Origin: Gammaproteobacteria bacterium
GTDB taxonomy: Bacteria > Pseudomonadota > Gammaproteobacteria > UBA4575
Assembly (NCBI GenBank): GCA_965221955.1
Contig: CBDCTA010000018.1
Location: 96,001 to 160,000 of the forward strand
DNA length: 64,000 bases
Reading direction: 5' to 3'
Under the pieces are notes generated by a model. It saw only the letters and a program-made list of their open reading frames with translations. It ran no database searches and was not told the DNA's origin. Position numbers and translations under genes: made by a program. Positions within the stretch are counted from its first letter, which is position 1; every line of letters starts with the position of its first letter. Below, one piece after another: positions 61,347 to 64,000 of this stretch.

Positions 61347-62249
61347 ATGAGCACTCGTCATTTTTTAACCTTACTAGATTTCAGTCCGGATGAATTACGA
61401 GCGATCCTTGCGCGCGCTTCAGAACTGAAAGAAATACTGAAAAATGGTAAGTCTCACACACCTTTACAAAACAAAACCTTGGCAATGATTTTTGATAAGT
61501 CTTCAACTCGCACACGTGTCTCCTTTGAAACTGGTATGACACAGCTTGGTGGACATGCATTATTTCTTTCGCCTAGAGATACACAATTAGGCCGCGGCGA
61601 ACCCATCGAGGATAGTGCAAGAGTATTGTCACGTATGGTCGATGGCGTAATGATTAGAACCTTTGAACACCAAAGTATAGAAAAATTTGCCGCACATTCT
61701 TCAGTACCTGTTATCAATGGGCTCACCGATTTATATCACCCCTGTCAATTGCTCGCTGATATGCAAACTTGGTTTGAGTATCGCGGAGATATAAAAGGTG
61801 CAACTGTAGCTTGGATTGGTGATGGCAATAATATGTGCCATTCATATATTAATGCTGCAAAGCAATTAGATTTTCAACTCAATATTGCTTGCCCACAGGC
61901 CTACAGCCCTAAACCAGACATTGTTGCGCAAGCTAAAGAGAAAGTGTTAATCACTCATGATGCTAATCAAGCAGCTGAAAATGCTGATCTCATTGTCACC
62001 GACGTATGGGCCAGCATGGGACAAGAAGAAGAACAAAATGAACGCCAAAAAGTGTTCCAAGCCTTTCAAGTAAACAGCGAACTACTTGCTCATGCTAATA
62101 AAGATGCATTATTTATGCACTGTCTACCCGCCCACCGCGAGGAAGAAGTGACTGCAGAGGTATTAGAAAGCAAACAGAGCGTAGTTTGGGATGAAGCAGA
62201 AAATCGATTACATGCACAAAAAGCATTGATCGAAAATTTACTAAGTTAA
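61347..62249 (+). CDS. argF: Ornithine carbamoyltransferase
   Basis: SSTRTR, HPCQ.LAD, GDGNN, DVWASMG and HCLPAHR motifs. Confidence 0.97.
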   Translation: MSTRHFLTLLDFSPDELRAILARASELKEILKNGKSHTPLQNKTLAMIFDKSSTRTRVSFETGMTQLGGHALFLSPRDTQLGRGEPIEDSARVLSRMVDGVMIRTFEHQSIEKFAAHSSVPVINGLTDLYHPCQLLADMQTWFEYRGDIKGATVAWIGDGNNMCHSYINAAKQLDFQLNIACPQAYSPKPDIVAQAKEKVLITHDANQAAENADLIVTDVWASMGQEEEQNERQKVFQAFQVNSELLAHANKDALFMHCLPAHREEEVTAEVLESKQSVVWDEAENRLHAQKALIENLLS

Positions 62250-62261
62250 AACATATATTTT

Positions 62262-63260
62262 CTAGTATTTGCGCTTTGCTAACACTAAAGAAAAATATTC
62301 ATTTTTAGGCTCAAAGTGCATTACCTCGGCCAAACCACTCTTATCTAATAAATTCTGTATTGTTGACTTGGTGTATTTGCGACTGATCTCGGTAAGCACC
62401 TTCTCACCTTTAATAAACTTTATGCATTTATCTAAATCAGAGAAATGCACTAATTGATCAAGCTTTGAAACCAAATACATTTCAATCTGCTGTTTACTTT
62501 CATTATAAACCGCTTGGTGCGAAAAATTGTTTAAGTCAAAATCTGCACCTAAATTCTCATTAAGCACATTTAATACATTTAAATTAAACTTTGAAGTTAC
62601 ACCTTCACTGTCATCATAAGCATGCTCAAGTACTTTTTTGTCTTTAACTCGATCCATACCAATTAAGAAGTAATCTTCTGCATGCATTTTTTCTGCAACT
62701 TGAGATAAAAGCTGAATAGACTCATGTTCAGTAAAATTTCCTATTGAGCTGCCAATAAATGCATAAAGAACAGGACCTTGGTAATTTGGCACTGTTTGAA
62801 TAGCAGGTTTGTATTCTCCCACAATAGAATGAATAGATAAGTTTGCAAACATGTTTAATAACCTAGCTGCTGATTGAATCAACACTTCTTCACAAACATC
62901 TATACTGATGTAACTAAATTCACCAGTATTCAAATCAGCATTTATTTCAGACAACAACACCTCTGTTTTTTTTGAGGTCCCAGCACCCAGCTCAACACAA
63001 ATTTGAGGTTGCACGGTTTTTATAATTTTTCCTGCATGCTCTTGTAGTAATGCTAATTCTGTACGAGTGGGGTAATAATCTTGGGTATCACAAATTTGAT
63101 CAAAAAGCTTTGAGCCCAGATCATCATAAAAATATTTTGGCGGCAGGCTGCGCGGCGCCACAAATAAACCTTGCTGCACATCACCTTGCAGTGTTTTTAA
63201 GAAGTCTTGAGAAGAAAGTGTCTGTAAATGAAATCGCGTACTGTCTATAGGTGAATCCAT
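62262..63260 (-). CDS. egtD: L-histidine N-alpha-methyltransferase (ergothioneine pathway)
   Basis: LPPKYFYD..GS.LF..IC...DYYPTRTE, ELGAG..KK, GSSIGNF, AYDDSEGVT.KFNLN and TEISRKY motifs. ATG 63260 follows an AAGGGA RBS. Confidence 0.93.
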   Translation of the reverse strand: MDSPIDSTRFHLQTLSSQDFLKTLQGDVQQGLFVAPRSLPPKYFYDDLGSKLFDQICDTQDYYPTRTELALLQEHAGKIIKTVQPQICVELGAGTSKKTEVLLSEINADLNTGEFSYISIDVCEEVLIQSAARLLNMFANLSIHSIVGEYKPAIQTVPNYQGPVLYAFIGSSIGNFTEHESIQLLSQVAEKMHAEDYFLIGMDRVKDKKVLEHAYDDSEGVTSKFNLNVLNVLNENLGADFDLNNFSHQAVYNESKQQIEMYLVSKLDQLVHFSDLDKCIKFIKGEKVLTEISRKYTKSTIQNLLDKSGLAEVMHFEPKNEYFSLVLAKRKY

Positions 63261-63451
63261 AGATATCCCTTTAAATTCAGGGTAGCATTGCAATTCGGAT
63301 GTGTCTAATGTCGAGCCCTAAGATCTTACAAGCTCGTATTACATTAGCGATTAAATCCGAAGTAAGCAAAAAAATAAAGAGAATAATGTTCATTGCTTTG
63401 CTAAAAATTCTAAAAAATATTTACAAAGTTTAGTTACTAAGGGAGGAGCTA

Positions 63452-64000
63452 ATGGAAGCAATCACATCGCTTTTAAATCAACTTAGTAGTTTTATCTGGG
63501 GCCCTATCATGCTCGCCTTGCTACTTGGCGTTGGTATTTATTTAACCCTAGGCTTGAAGTTTATGCCGTGGCGAAAATTAGGTCATGGTTTTAAATTACT
63601 TTTCTCCGGACAGGCTGACAAAGATCAAGGTGACATTAGCCCATTTCAAGCTTTAATGACGGCACTCTCCGCAACCATCGGCACAGGCAATATCGCTGGT
63701 GTCGCGACGGCAATTTTTTTAGGTGGACCGGGCGCTATTTTTTGGATGTGGGTGACCGCCCTATTTGGCATGGCGACCAAATATGGTGAAGCCGTACTCG
63801 CAGTGAAATATAGAGAAGTGGATTCACGCGGGAAACGCCAAGGTGGCCCGATGTATTACATTAAAAATGGTCTAGGAAAAAATTGGCAATGGCTAGGCTT
63901 TTTATTTGCTCTGTTTGGAACGATTGCAGCGTTTGGTATAGGCAATATGGTGCAATCTAATTCGGTGGCAGATGCACTACAAAGCAATTTTAGCATTGAC
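63452..64000 (+). CDS. Sodium:alanine/glycine symporter (AGCS family), partial (runs off the right edge)
   Basis: GGGAGGAG RBS; [18 protein letters not shown]...[22 protein letters not shown]...[10 protein letters not shown]...GGPMYYI...GNMVQSN. Confidence 0.93.
   Translation, partial: MEAITSLLNQLSSFIWGPIMLALLLGVGIYLTLGLKFMPWRKLGHGFKLLFSGQADKDQGDISPFQALMTALSATIGTGNIAGVATAIFLGGPGAIFWMWVTALFGMATKYGEAVLAVKYREVDSRGKRQGGPMYYIKNGLGKNWQWLGFLFALFGTIAAFGIGNMVQSNSVADALQSNFSID

Noticed and set aside
1602-63250. Many short track ORFs lying antisense to or inside recognised genes (e.g. 1602, 8236, 10465, 20880, 35219, 59543)
   Set aside because: Shadow frames with no recognisable motifs, overlapping well-supported CDSs.
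63261-63451. Glycine riboswitch upstream of the AGCS symporter
   Set aside because: The spacer is short and AT-rich, with no recognisable GGAGA...CCGAAG...CTCTCAGG aptamer.
1-64000. CRISPR array, tRNA/rRNA, integrase, transposase or prophage genes
   Set aside because: No regularly spaced repeats, cloverleaf or rRNA-like stretches, or mobile-element proteins were recognised by eye.

Overview
AT-rich gammaproteobacterial chromosome segment. No rRNA, tRNA, CRISPR array, integrase or transposase was recognised. (1) 1-18.9 kb is an exosortase A (PEP-CTERM)-associated Wzy-type exopolysaccharide locus. It encodes GT2, a deacetylase, GT4, a CapK/PaaK-like adenylate-forming enzyme, Wzy, a GNAT, an OM beta-barrel, a BY-kinase with a degenerate Walker A, a chain-length protein, Wza, a PrsT-like TPR lipoprotein, XrtA, a priming sugar transferase, a UDP-HexNAc dehydrogenase and a uronate epimerase. 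(2) 19-43.7 kb is mostly housekeeping: serC, gyrA, mtnA, an mtaD-like deaminase, ubiG, a HAD phosphatase, rmuC, yciK, rluB, scpB, scpA, trpS, a site-2 protease, yciO, yciI, a PPIase, folE, mlaA, argG, rnt, grxD and an orphan NAGGN-type amidotransferase. It also holds a YSC84/SYLF gene broken by an inverted 202-bp piece of another gene, an unannotated 45-aa ORF with a MinD-like membrane tail, and small palindromic repeats. (3) 43.9-58.8 kb is a second accessory glycan-tailoring cluster and the best candidate for an undescribed system. It encodes an N-terminally truncated MurF-like ligase, an ATP-grasp ligase, three paralogous FemAB-like GNATs, two CapK-like ligases, an AsnB amidotransferase, a PanE-like reductase, GT4 and a flippase, suggesting amino acid/peptide/acyl decoration of a surface glycan. 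(4) 59.4-64 kb holds a PuuD-like membrane protein, argD, argF, egtD and a partial Na+/alanine symporter. All family calls come from motif recognition by eye; no database searches were run.
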